In this document: in pieces, positions 39,592-49,242 of the stretch
How positions within the stretch are numbered: position 1 is the stretch's first letter
Layout of the letters: each line of letters starts with the position of its first letter
Origin: Planctomycetota bacterium
GTDB lineage: Bacteria; Planctomycetota; GCA-2746535
Direction: 5' to 3'
Assembly (NCBI GenBank): GCA_002746535.1
Contig: NVWA01000016.1
Coordinates: 1-64,000, forward strand
Length of the DNA stretch: 64,000 nt
Made by a program: the position numbers and the translations under genes
The notes under the pieces: generated by a model
Databases searched by the model: none
Told to the model about the DNA's origin: nothing
Seen by the model: only the letters and a program-made list of their open reading frames with translations

Positions 39592-41533
39592 TCAGCAATG
39601 CCGCATCTACTTCTACCCGATAAGGGGCAAACTCTTCGCCCATTTTAACAATTCTAAAACTATTAAAAATGACAATGATGGAACTAAAAAAATGAAGCAC
39701 ACCACCTAATATGGGATTAACAAATTCTAATACGGCAAAACTTCCAACTACAAATATAAAAATAAAACCAAATAATAGATTCTGATATACAACGGCTCTT
39801 GTCCGTTTAGCCAAAGTTAATAAAAAAGGTAGTTTATTTAAATCTTCAGTCATCATGGCGACACTGGCGCTACCAATGGCTACATCACTACCGGATGCCA
39901 TCGCAATTCCTAAATCTCCGGCAGCCAAAGCCGCGGCATCATTGACCCCATCACCAACTACAGCGACTTTTTCACCTTTAGCTTTTAATTCATTTACATA
40001 AGCAAGTTTTTCTTCTGGAAGACATTCGGACAATACCTCGTCACATCCTAATTCAGCAGAAACTTTTTCAGCCACTGCTTTTTTGTCGCCGGTAAAAATA
40101 CTTATTTTTCTTAATCCCAATGATTTCAATTTACTTACGGTCTCTATTGCTTCCGCTCTAGTTTTATCTTCTAAACCTATCCATCCAATTTCTTTACCGT
40201 CAAGAGCCACATGAATAACTGACAATCCTTCATCAATGGGTAAAGCGCAATCAACTCCTTTTTCTTTCAACCAAAGCAATCTTCCAACAAGAATTCTCTT
40301 ACCATCTATAAGACCTTCAACTCCCTTACCAGGAATTTCTTTTGAATCAACCACATTTAATAGTTCTAATTTCGCTTCTTTTGCAACAGCAACAATTGAT
40401 CTAGCAACGGGGTGGTTACTAATATTTTCTATACTAGCGGTGTATTTCAACAACTCGGCAGGCTCAAAGTCATCTATAGGTTTCATCCTTGTCACACTTA
40501 AATTACCGGTCGTCAAAGTACCTGTTTTATCAAAGACAAGAACTGTAATAGCAGCAGCTCTTTCAAAATCTAAAACATCTTTAATTAAAATACCCACACG
40601 TGATGCCGCTGATAATGCCGCGATCATGGCGGTTGGTGTTGCAAGGATAATACTTAATGGGCAACTTAAGATTAAAATTGTAATTGCTGGCTCCATCTTT
40701 TGTGTAATGAATAGAATTAATATAGAAATCATTAATACCGCTGGTGTATACCAACCGATGTATTTATCAATAACGGTCATTATTGGTAATCGCGTCTCTT
40801 GAGCTTTTAAAATTAATTCTTTTACTCTACCTAATGTGGTTTGATCACCTACCTTTATAACCTCTAAATAAAGCACACCTGATAAATTAATGGTTCCGGC
40901 AAATACCGAATCACCTTTTTCTTTATCAACAGGTAATGATTCACCGGTAATGTTTGCTTGATTAATCGCTGAATTGCCCTCGGTGATAATACCATCTACA
41001 GGAATTTGTTCCCCGGGTCTAACTAAAATCCGATCACTAATTTTTACTTCTTTAACTTCAACTTCAATTTCTTTTTCATTTTGAATTAAGCGCGCTTTTT
41101 TAGGCGTTAACATCAATAAGTTTTCAATAGCTTTTTTAGCGCCTGATGCCGTTTTATGTTCTAATAAATCAGCAAGGATCATAAAAAATGCCACAATACC
41201 AGCGGTGCGATAATCTTCTAAAGTCAAACACGCGACAACAGCAATGGCAACTAACTCATTCATATGATGTTGGCCAGAAATTAAATCTTCAATAGCCTTC
41301 TTGACAATTGGCACTGTTAAAATTAACGCGCCAACGAATCCACTAACTAATGAGGCATCATTATTGGAAAATATACTTTCAAATAAAAATGAGTTAATTA
41401 AAAACCCTACACCAATGAAACACCATTTTAAAGAAAGGATGACGCCATCACCTTCAGGATTAGACAAAGGCTCAGATGCCCTAGCGACTTCTTTGGGATT
41501 ATTCTCAATCATCATGTTCGCAGTATCACTCAA
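39569..41533 (-). CDS. P1B-like (CPx-type) P-type ATPase without an N-terminal metal-binding domain
   Basis: TGES, DKTGTLT, the HP locus SNHPVARSIV and GDGVNDAAAL. TM6 reads LSCPLSIILATPTA, where canonical enzymes have CPC or SPC. There are four TM helices before the actuator domain. Confidence 0.8.
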   Translation of the reverse strand: MSDTANMMIENNPKEVARASEPLSNPEGDGVILSLKWCFIGVGFLINSFLFESIFSNNDASLVSGFVGALILTVPIVKKAIEDLISGQHHMNELVAIAVVACLTLEDYRTAGIVAFFMILADLLEHKTASGAKKAIENLLMLTPKKARLIQNEKEIEVEVKEVKISDRILVRPGEQIPVDGIITEGNSAINQANITGESLPVDKEKGDSVFAGTINLSGVLYLEVIKVGDQTTLGRVKELILKAQETRLPIMTVIDKYIGWYTPAVLMISILILFITQKMEPAITILILSCPLSIILATPTAMIAALSAASRVGILIKDVLDFERAAAITVLVFDKTGTLTTGNLSVTRMKPIDDFEPAELLKYTASIENISNHPVARSIVAVAKEAKLELLNVVDSKEIPGKGVEGLIDGKRILVGRLLWLKEKGVDCALPIDEGLSVIHVALDGKEIGWIGLEDKTRAEAIETVSKLKSLGLRKISIFTGDKKAVAEKVSAELGCDEVLSECLPEEKLAYVNELKAKGEKVAVVGDGVNDAAALAAGDLGIAMASGSDVAIGSASVAMMTEDLNKLPFLLTLAKRTRAVVYQNLLFGFIFIFVVGSFAVLEFVNPILGGVLHFFSSIIVIFNSFRIVKMGEEFAPYRVEVDAALLNAENKDE

Positions 41534-41556
41534 AACTATTGGTTGCCTTTCACGTT

Positions 41557-42636
41557 TTACTCATCTTTTTTTGTATCTTCAGAAAAAATTGTTGTCTTAT
41601 ATCTAAGTCTTTTTTGATTACTTATGAATTCAACTTTGGAGTTATACAATATATTCGCAATCGTTTTTAAATAAATCTGTTCCATATAGTTTTTTCTAAC
41701 TTTAGGATCACCTTTAAAAGATTTCAAAAGTTCTTTTAATTTTAATGCTTCTGTTTCAACATTTTTTCTCATCTCACGAATATTATTGTCTTCATCAACA
41801 AGAATCTTATTTACAATTGATTCTGTTTGAATAATCATTTTATTGCTAAAGGTTCTACTTTGAGTCAACGTTTGATTAATCTTAATTCTAACCTGGCTCA
41901 CCCCTTTAAAAGAAATTTCTAAAGAAACGGGAGGTTTAGCTTTGATTAACTTTAGCTGTATGATTTCAATTCCGGTTTTCAAATTATCTAGCTGCAACTG
42001 CAATCTTTCCATGACACTTTGATTAAAATTAACTTTCGAGGTTAAAATATCAATTGCATTATATTGACTACATTCTGAGACAATAATTCCTCTTGCAACT
42101 GAATCGATCAGCTTCAAGGCATGTAACCTCCAAGGTTTATCTTTACCATGACCCTTATTCATGTCACCTTCTTCATAAAAGTTTAATATAAACAAATCAA
42201 ACTTTTTGATTTTATAAGTAATATTCCAAGATAAATGAATTAGGTTCATATCTTTGGTTACATTGAATGGGCGTTCGTGCTTGACGATTGGATCTTCATT
42301 AATATTACCATTTGTAGTGTCTTCAACATCGAATAAATCAATTTCAATATTTACCGCTTGATTTACTTTTTCAATGATTTTTTTTGTAAACGGTTCTGGA
42401 AGGCCCCAATATAAACCCTCGTAACGTACATTTTGACCTTTATATGGTTGTATCTTGCCCATATAATAAGTAACCGCAGCCTCACCCTTTTCAACTTTAT
42501 AAACACCAGAAAATAACCACAAACCAACAAGAAGCAACATCATGGCCTTCAACACATTTAGACCAAGCTTGAGGGCACCTTGCACAGCAATATCACCCTG
42601 ACTTGAAATGTTTTGATATTTAATTTCTTCCGGCAT
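41557..42636 (-). CDS. SPFH/Band 7 domain protein (HflK/C-like, third paralogue)
   Basis: N-terminal TM helix followed by a YKVEKGEAAVTYYMGKIQ... SPFH-like core. Confidence 0.5.
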   Translation of the reverse strand: MPEEIKYQNISSQGDIAVQGALKLGLNVLKAMMLLLVGLWLFSGVYKVEKGEAAVTYYMGKIQPYKGQNVRYEGLYWGLPEPFTKKIIEKVNQAVNIEIDLFDVEDTTNGNINEDPIVKHERPFNVTKDMNLIHLSWNITYKIKKFDLFILNFYEEGDMNKGHGKDKPWRLHALKLIDSVARGIIVSECSQYNAIDILTSKVNFNQSVMERLQLQLDNLKTGIEIIQLKLIKAKPPVSLEISFKGVSQVRIKINQTLTQSRTFSNKMIIQTESIVNKILVDEDNNIREMRKNVETEALKLKELLKSFKGDPKVRKNYMEQIYLKTIANILYNSKVEFISNQKRLRYKTTIFSEDTKKDE

Positions 42637-43562
42637 TATTTTTTATCTTTCATGGAGTTTTTACCAAAATTTTCCAAGAATTCTTCTGGGTCTAAAATAA
42701 ATCGCTTATTTCCATTACCTTCGAAGACTTTCTTAATCGCTTCCATTTTTCTAGAAAAAATAGACAACTCAGAATCTTCTGACAATTCTTTATAAAAGTT
42801 AACCAATTCTTTTTGCGCTTTTGATTTTTTATCTTTAGCAGCGCTCCTCGCGTCAGAAATCATTTTGTTTGCTTTTGATTGTGCTTTATCTTGAATTATC
42901 GCGGCTTCTTTCTGCCCTTCAGCAATATAAATAGCGGCTTCACTTTCGCGCTCTTGCTTCATTCTTTCCAAAATAGCTGGTAATACATTTGCCGGAAATC
43001 CAATGTGTGTTATTTTAAACATTTTAATTTTGACACCATATCGATTTAATCCCAAATCCTCTTGGTTTTTATTTGATAAAAAATAGCTTTCGATTTCTTT
43101 TAATACGTTGGTCTTACCTTTTGAGAAAAATTCGCTTAATTGGTACTTACCAACAATACTACCAAGAACGCCTTCAACATTTTTATCAAGAATACTATCC
43201 ATCTCGATAAAATTATCGGAGCTCTCATAAAATCGCTTTGGACTAACTATTTTCCAGCCAACCATAACATTGATATTAAGATTTTTTTCATCACCTGTTA
43301 ATCGATCTTTATTTACCATTTCTTTTATATAAATTCTTCTATCATATTTTTTTACTTTTTGAAAGAATGGTATTTTAAAAAATATTCCTGATTCCATTTG
43401 ATCTACATCAGACCATTCCTTATATCCATTGACCTCATACAATACCTTTCCAAAGGATGTCGATACGGCTGTTTCATTTTCAGAAACCTGAAAAACGGAC
43501 AATTTAATTAGCAACAAACCAAAAATGATTGCACCAACTATTAATAACGATTTCTTTTTCAT
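42636..43562 (-). CDS. HflC-like SPFH domain protein
   Basis: N-terminal TM helix, then VFQVSENETAVSTSFGKV...SGIFFKIPFFQKVKKYDRR, which matches the HflC core (vfvV.Eg..gi..rFG...PGLHFKiPf...v...D.R). Confidence 0.6.
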   Translation of the reverse strand: MKKKSLLIVGAIIFGLLLIKLSVFQVSENETAVSTSFGKVLYEVNGYKEWSDVDQMESGIFFKIPFFQKVKKYDRRIYIKEMVNKDRLTGDEKNLNINVMVGWKIVSPKRFYESSDNFIEMDSILDKNVEGVLGSIVGKYQLSEFFSKGKTNVLKEIESYFLSNKNQEDLGLNRYGVKIKMFKITHIGFPANVLPAILERMKQERESEAAIYIAEGQKEAAIIQDKAQSKANKMISDARSAAKDKKSKAQKELVNFYKELSEDSELSIFSRKMEAIKKVFEGNGNKRFILDPEEFLENFGKNSMKDKK

Positions 43563-43576
43563 AATTTAGCTTTCTA

Positions 43577-45493
43577 TTAATTCCCTATAATCAATTCGTC
43601 TTTTCCATCACCGAGGTCTTCTATGTCTAGTTTTGCATCCTTTGATATAAAATCAATATCTGCTTTCGCATATATATCTTCAAACAAAGAAAACAATTCA
43701 AAGCTCTTAAATAATTCAGGATATTGTTTATGAATCTGCCCAACATTTAGTATATAATTTTTTTGATTTCGAAGGTCAATCATTCGTCTGTGGATTTCTA
43801 ATTCCTGCTTAATATTTAAGCTTAACTTTTCTTTTTCACCAACAGCAATAGTTTGAATTGCAATGGCATGGGCTTTATAAACAGTAGCTTTCGCCTTTTC
43901 ATAAGAATCAAAACTATTCTGCATCATGTCTTTTAATTCACCCGGGAAATGTATGTTCTTAAAATTAACATTTATGATCTCAATCCCGGGTATTTCTTTC
44001 TTAATTTCTTTTTTAAAATAAATCGAAAACTCTCTACTCCATTGACTTATTCTCAAACCAACACTACCTTCAATTGTTTGTTGATTCAAATAAGAAGTAA
44101 TATGTATGTGCAATAAGTTTTCCAAAGCAGCAACAATACCTTCATTTCTAGTAGTGTTAGGATTATCTGCAAAACGATATAAATAATCTCTTAAATTATT
44201 TCTACTAGGAATGTATTGCAAAGAAGCGGAGACAGACAACAGTTCATATAACGATTTGTTTTCATCTTTCACCGCATCTGGGTTAATTCTTCGAACAATA
44301 AATAATTCGGCTTCTTTATAATGACCTGCCGCTGACAAATTAGCTGCTGCCATTTTTTCATGGTCGTGATCTTCGTGTCCTATTTCAATTGTAAAAACCC
44401 TTTTCACAGGAACTCTTTTAACGATGTCAATTGGCCATGGTAGTTTAAAATGAAACCCAGGTTCAATGGTACTCTTATTTATATCTTTTGAGATCGCACC
44501 ATATCTTTCAACAACCCCTACTTCATGGGAATTAATAAAAACAAAACAAGTAGCAAAAGAACCAATGAATACCTGAAAAGCAACAAATGGTAATACGAAC
44601 TTTCTAAATAACTGATAAACCCAAGTCTCTGATACACTGAAACCAAATTGATAATCAACCATCTTATTCAGAGATTGAATAGCAGAACCTGTGGATGTTA
44701 ATAGAAGAAAAAAACGACTATCGTAAGGTGGGAAGTTTACTTCATCACCATGGACGGGTTTGAGTATATATAAGATGGTATTAAAAATAAGTTCAACAAA
44801 TACAAAAGCCGGTAAAACAAATCCTACGATATAAGTAATTTTTAAACTTTCAATAATTCCTGCCGTAAAACATATTAATGCACCGGCTTGAAATCCTACC
44901 AGCAAAGCACATGTTAATAGTTGGGTGGCAGCACCTCGCATAAAAATTTGGCCACCTGCAGAGATACCTCTTAGATACAGTCCTGAAATCATCATAAAAA
45001 ATGATAAACAGGCAAAAAAAGCAGATGCTTTAAACACGTTATCGGGCATGTCATAAGTTGAAAGATATCTGTATTTTTCGAATGTATTCCAGCCATACAG
45101 CAAAAAGAAGATAGATAACACAATACTTAAGATAGGTAAAAAATATTTTTCAAAACGTTTTAAATTTTGCTGAACACTTTCAACGCTAAATTGATCCGTT
45201 AAGAATAATTGACCTTTGCCACCTTTTTGTTTTCGCAATTTCTCAGCATCTTCTAAATCATTTTGCTCATCGGCTGCATTTTTTGTTAAATACAAATGAA
45301 TGAAAGCTAAAACCCAGAAACCTGAACTGAATAAAATATAATAGCTAGAAGTTGATAAAGATTCTACCTCTGTCCATAGTCCAACAAATATATGTAAGCC
45401 AAAGAATATGACTTGTAGCGTTAAACCTACAACAACAGGTCTTAAACTGATGGATGACTTTAAAGCATTCGTTACGTTCTCTTGGAATTTCAA
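43577..45493 (-). CDS. polytopic membrane domain fused to HflK-like SPFH domain
   Basis: About 310 aa with roughly 8 TM helices, followed by VGVVERYGAISKDINKSTIEPGFHFKLPWPIDIVKRVPVKRV (HflK-like SPFH core). Confidence 0.5.
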   Translation of the reverse strand: MKFQENVTNALKSSISLRPVVVGLTLQVIFFGLHIFVGLWTEVESLSTSSYYILFSSGFWVLAFIHLYLTKNAADEQNDLEDAEKLRKQKGGKGQLFLTDQFSVESVQQNLKRFEKYFLPILSIVLSIFFLLYGWNTFEKYRYLSTYDMPDNVFKASAFFACLSFFMMISGLYLRGISAGGQIFMRGAATQLLTCALLVGFQAGALICFTAGIIESLKITYIVGFVLPAFVFVELIFNTILYILKPVHGDEVNFPPYDSRFFLLLTSTGSAIQSLNKMVDYQFGFSVSETWVYQLFRKFVLPFVAFQVFIGSFATCFVFINSHEVGVVERYGAISKDINKSTIEPGFHFKLPWPIDIVKRVPVKRVFTIEIGHEDHDHEKMAAANLSAAGHYKEAELFIVRRINPDAVKDENKSLYELLSVSASLQYIPSRNNLRDYLYRFADNPNTTRNEGIVAALENLLHIHITSYLNQQTIEGSVGLRISQWSREFSIYFKKEIKKEIPGIEIINVNFKNIHFPGELKDMMQNSFDSYEKAKATVYKAHAIAIQTIAVGEKEKLSLNIKQELEIHRRMIDLRNQKNYILNVGQIHKQYPELFKSFELFSLFEDIYAKADIDFISKDAKLDIEDLGDGKDELIIGN

Positions 45494-46452
45494 GCTAATT
45501 CCTTTCGATCAAAAAACACATAACCTATTGTAAAGACACCGACTAAATACATCAGAGCATAAGTCACCCCTGAATACATGTATGACATTGGAATAATTCT
45601 GTCAAAAATGATTGCATCCGACATCTGAAAAACATGGAAGTTTGGAATCACATTGAGAAAAAGGCCGAATATCGTTCCTTCACCACTACCACTCAATACT
45701 AATTGATCAGAAAACAATCCTACCGCAAACAGACAAAAGGTGATAAATAAATTCGCGTTCCTGCTAACAAATGGCGAAAGTGAAAGTGAGATAGATGAAA
45801 TAACCAATAAGCTACAAAATATTAATACGACCCCCTTTAAAAACTCTGGATTAAATCTCATCCAATAGCCTGACAAGTGCCATTCTTTATCCCAAATTCC
45901 AATTATAAAAAAGGAGAGGAGGCTAAAAAATATAGTAGCATATACTGCAGAAGAACAAAAGTTTTTATTAGAAAAATAATTTTGGAAGAACCCATAAAAG
46001 TTAGAACCAAAAAATATAAAAAGCAAAGAAACAAGAACAGGCCAATCTATTTTAAACGCTGACGTTTCAATGGCACCCATTCGTATAACATATACTAATA
46101 GAATGTAATGAAACAAAACCATTATAAATCCGCAAAATACAATTCCTAAATATTTGCCTAATAATAGTTGAAAGCGATTAACTGGCTTAGTTGCTAATAC
46201 TAAAATTGTTTTTTTATGAATCTCGGATGTTAAAGTATGAGATGCGGAAAACGAGACCGTCATGATACCTGTCAGCATAATAGTTGTCATGCCCATCTCT
46301 AATAATAAACGATGGGTTTCATAAAAAACAAACAATGTGTATAAGGGACTTAAAGTAATTAATAATCCCATCACATAAAAAATGACTACATATAATGGTT
46401 GGCGAACCATTTCTTCAAATGAATTTCTAGCTATCAAATAAACTTTGAACAT
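45490..46452 (-). CDS. ABC-2-type transporter permease
   Basis: Six TM helices with ABC-2 topology. Overlaps the next gene by 4 nt. Confidence 0.5.
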   Translation of the reverse strand: MFKVYLIARNSFEEMVRQPLYVVIFYVMGLLITLSPLYTLFVFYETHRLLLEMGMTTIMLTGIMTVSFSASHTLTSEIHKKTILVLATKPVNRFQLLLGKYLGIVFCGFIMVLFHYILLVYVIRMGAIETSAFKIDWPVLVSLLFIFFGSNFYGFFQNYFSNKNFCSSAVYATIFFSLLSFFIIGIWDKEWHLSGYWMRFNPEFLKGVVLIFCSLLVISSISLSLSPFVSRNANLFITFCLFAVGLFSDQLVLSGSGEGTIFGLFLNVIPNFHVFQMSDAIIFDRIIPMSYMYSGVTYALMYLVGVFTIGYVFFDRKELA

Positions 46453-46792
46453 ATCAATAATATACTTATCTCAAATACATATAAAAGCCGTGAATATACT
46501 CTATTCTTTACTTAATTCTAGAAGTTTAACCGGATAATAAAGTCCTCTACAAGAAAAAAGAAACTATATATTAGTCTTATAAATTGTGATATAAAAAGTT
46601 TAAAAAAATAAGAAATCATATGGTGAAAAATGTAATATATTGATAACTCAATTAAGAAATATCCTTCAAAACAATTGAAATAAATCGAATTTTTAAGAAA
46701 GATTTTTAAACTACAACGGCCGTGATTTATTTTAGACAAAGCTATAATTATTTTAACTCTTGAAATGAAATTATTACCTCAAAAGGTTTTCG

Positions 46793-47554
46793 ATGGAAAC
46801 TGACAATTTTAAAAATTTTGCAAAATATTATGACCTAATTTATGGCCTAGATACCTATAAAGATCAACCAGGAGAAATTCAGTTTTTTATACAAGAAGCC
46901 AAAGAATCTAATACGTCCGTACTTGAATTAGGGTGTGGAACAGGAAGAGTTTTAATCCCTACTGCTCAATCTGACATTGACATCATTGGTCTTGATATAT
47001 CAAAAGAAATGTTGGAAATCTTAGAACAAAAAGCAGTAGAACTTGATCTTGGGCCAAAATTAATTCATGCCAATATGGTTGATTTCAAGCTGGACGATAA
47101 ATTTGATTTAATCACCATACCACTTAACAGCATTCATCATATTATCGACAAAAAAGAACAATTAAAAATGTTTCGTAATATTTACCTGCACCTAAACTAT
47201 GGTGGGAAATGTATTTTTACAAATCAGTTTTACAATAGCGATTTTCTTAGTCTAAAAGAATACACCTTTATAGAGACTTACAAAGAAAACACTCTAGGCA
47301 TCGAGCTAGACCTATATTTAAAATTTGATGAAAATAAAAAAACGCTAAAAGAAAGATTCGTCATTTTTGATAAAAATCTCGACGAAGAACAAACCTGTGA
47401 TTTAATGGATTTGTATCCCTTTACAAAAAACGAAATAGAGACTTTAGTTTGTAATGCGGGATTTAAAAAAATAAAGGTATATCAAAATTTCCAATACACG
47501 CCATATGAAGACACAAGTGATTTAGGTGTTTGGGTAATATCTAAAATTAATTAA
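46793..47554 (+). CDS. class I SAM-dependent methyltransferase
   Basis: VLELGCGTGRV motif I, plus motifs II and III. Confidence 0.7.
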   Translation: METDNFKNFAKYYDLIYGLDTYKDQPGEIQFFIQEAKESNTSVLELGCGTGRVLIPTAQSDIDIIGLDISKEMLEILEQKAVELDLGPKLIHANMVDFKLDDKFDLITIPLNSIHHIIDKKEQLKMFRNIYLHLNYGGKCIFTNQFYNSDFLSLKEYTFIETYKENTLGIELDLYLKFDENKKTLKERFVIFDKNLDEEQTCDLMDLYPFTKNEIETLVCNAGFKKIKVYQNFQYTPYEDTSDLGVWVISKIN

Positions 47555-47566
47555 TTCCAGAATAAA

Positions 47567-48820
47567 CTACAATGAGGTCCAATGTTCATTTGCAGTACCG
47601 CGACTATAATGCTCAGCACCTTTTGCAACGATAGAACGTGGGTCAGATTCATTAAATTTCAATAAGTTTTTAACAGTAACGTTATAACCATTAATGCCTA
47701 AACCTTCTTGAATTGAATCATCTAGACCATCAACCTGACCCATAAAACCGGTCACAGCTACAATTTTAGGATGATGACCACCATACTCTGCAAATATCTC
47801 TGATACCGTTCTAACAGCATCTTGACATACAGGCCTAACAGCTGCGTCTATCGCTTTACCAGCTCGAACTTTTCTTGGTTTGCCGTTAATATATAAATCA
47901 GCAAGAATAGGTTTTAAAACTTTCGGAGAACTATAACCTGTGATGAAACCATGTTCTTCTTTTAAAGAATTAGCATCTCGATAAGAAATATCAACGTCAC
48001 AATACTCTTTTAATGTTTCAACTAATTTTTCTGAACAAAAATTTCCAGCATTCAAGAATGTTCTCATAGCTTTCGTACGACTATCATCTTGGTCAAAAAT
48101 ATAGACATCACCAGTGCCTGCTCCAATATCACAAACAACAACAGATCCTTGTTCAGCATTTAATACATTTGCCAAATAATGTCCGGTGAATACAGCTTCG
48201 GATCTAATGATAAAACGATTGTCAAAAGTTTCATTACCAGCTACAATTTTTTCTGAAACGTCGGTTAATATTGAATTGTAATTTGCGCCCGTCTCACATG
48301 GTTTTGCAAATGCAATGTCAAGAGGAATACCATCTAAAATATAAGGTGAAAGTGTTCTTTGAATATTTAATCGAATTACAGCCGATTCAAGTTCGTCGTA
48401 CTCTTCATCTTTTGATAAAGTTTTAATTGGGTACAAACATCTTGTAGACCGAACTAATATTTCATGGGCATCATCATCTATTTTATTACCAGACAATAGT
48501 TCTTCAACTTGATCGAAAAAGACATAAGGCATTTGCATACCATCAATTACTTCTACTTGTAAAGGAAGCTTGTGAGATTCCTGAAACTTTCTCAAATAGT
48601 TAATTGACGTATCATTATCTTTGGCAAAATAAATCAGACTACTCATACATTTAATAAGTAATGGTTCGTCAGTATAGTGAAATAATTGCTCATCCTTTTT
48701 ATCAGCGGATTTTCCATAAACCACTGCTTCACAATGAGATGTACCAATGTCGATACCTAAACTTAATCTCTCATACTTTGATAGATCCAATTTCTTGGAT
48801 TGTGCCATGCCGAACTCCAA
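47567..48820 (-). CDS. actin-like ATPase of the ASKHA superfamily (FtsA/PilM/EutJ/ParM-like)
   Basis: Phosphate-1 LGIDIGTSHCEAVV, phosphate-2 VVVCDIGAGTGDVYIF and a C-terminal VAVTGFMGQVDGL segment. Confidence 0.5.
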   Translation of the reverse strand: MEFGMAQSKKLDLSKYERLSLGIDIGTSHCEAVVYGKSADKKDEQLFHYTDEPLLIKCMSSLIYFAKDNDTSINYLRKFQESHKLPLQVEVIDGMQMPYVFFDQVEELLSGNKIDDDAHEILVRSTRCLYPIKTLSKDEEYDELESAVIRLNIQRTLSPYILDGIPLDIAFAKPCETGANYNSILTDVSEKIVAGNETFDNRFIIRSEAVFTGHYLANVLNAEQGSVVVCDIGAGTGDVYIFDQDDSRTKAMRTFLNAGNFCSEKLVETLKEYCDVDISYRDANSLKEEHGFITGYSSPKVLKPILADLYINGKPRKVRAGKAIDAAVRPVCQDAVRTVSEIFAEYGGHHPKIVAVTGFMGQVDGLDDSIQEGLGINGYNVTVKNLLKFNESDPRSIVAKGAEHYSRGTANEHWTSL

Positions 48821-49242
48821 AAATATAACTAATTTAACATAAGTTTTTTTCGGATGGTAAAATCTTATCTAAGAAGTTTTCCATCAGAAATAAGAGTTTA
48901 AATATAGTAAATGTTAACTGAAAATCAAAAGAAAAGAGTTTTTTGAGTTATTTCTTTGATGAAATAGCCATTTTATAATCAGCCCCCAAAAACATGGACA
49001 AGACCATGCTCAATGACTTCAAAATCCGCTATTTAGTAGATTTAAAAAGGACCTACCACTACCACTGGAGAATTTGCTTTTGGGCAGTTAAACATCACCA
49101 AAAACATCTTTTTATTATGCTCAGCTAATTCATAAAAGACTGATTATTAAAAAATAATTGTCTTTCCTGCAGATAAAAAACAGCTCTTTAAGTTATTGGA
49201 TAAAAGTTTAATTTCTCTAGATTTCGAACCAAACATGAGTAT

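Noticed and set aside
46518-46739. A 73-aa ORF in the 340-bp divergent intergenic region between the membrane operon and the methyltransferase.
   Set aside because: It is extremely AT-rich, made of Phe/Ile/Lys/Tyr low-complexity sequence, with no ribosome-binding site or homology signal. The region is more likely a promoter.
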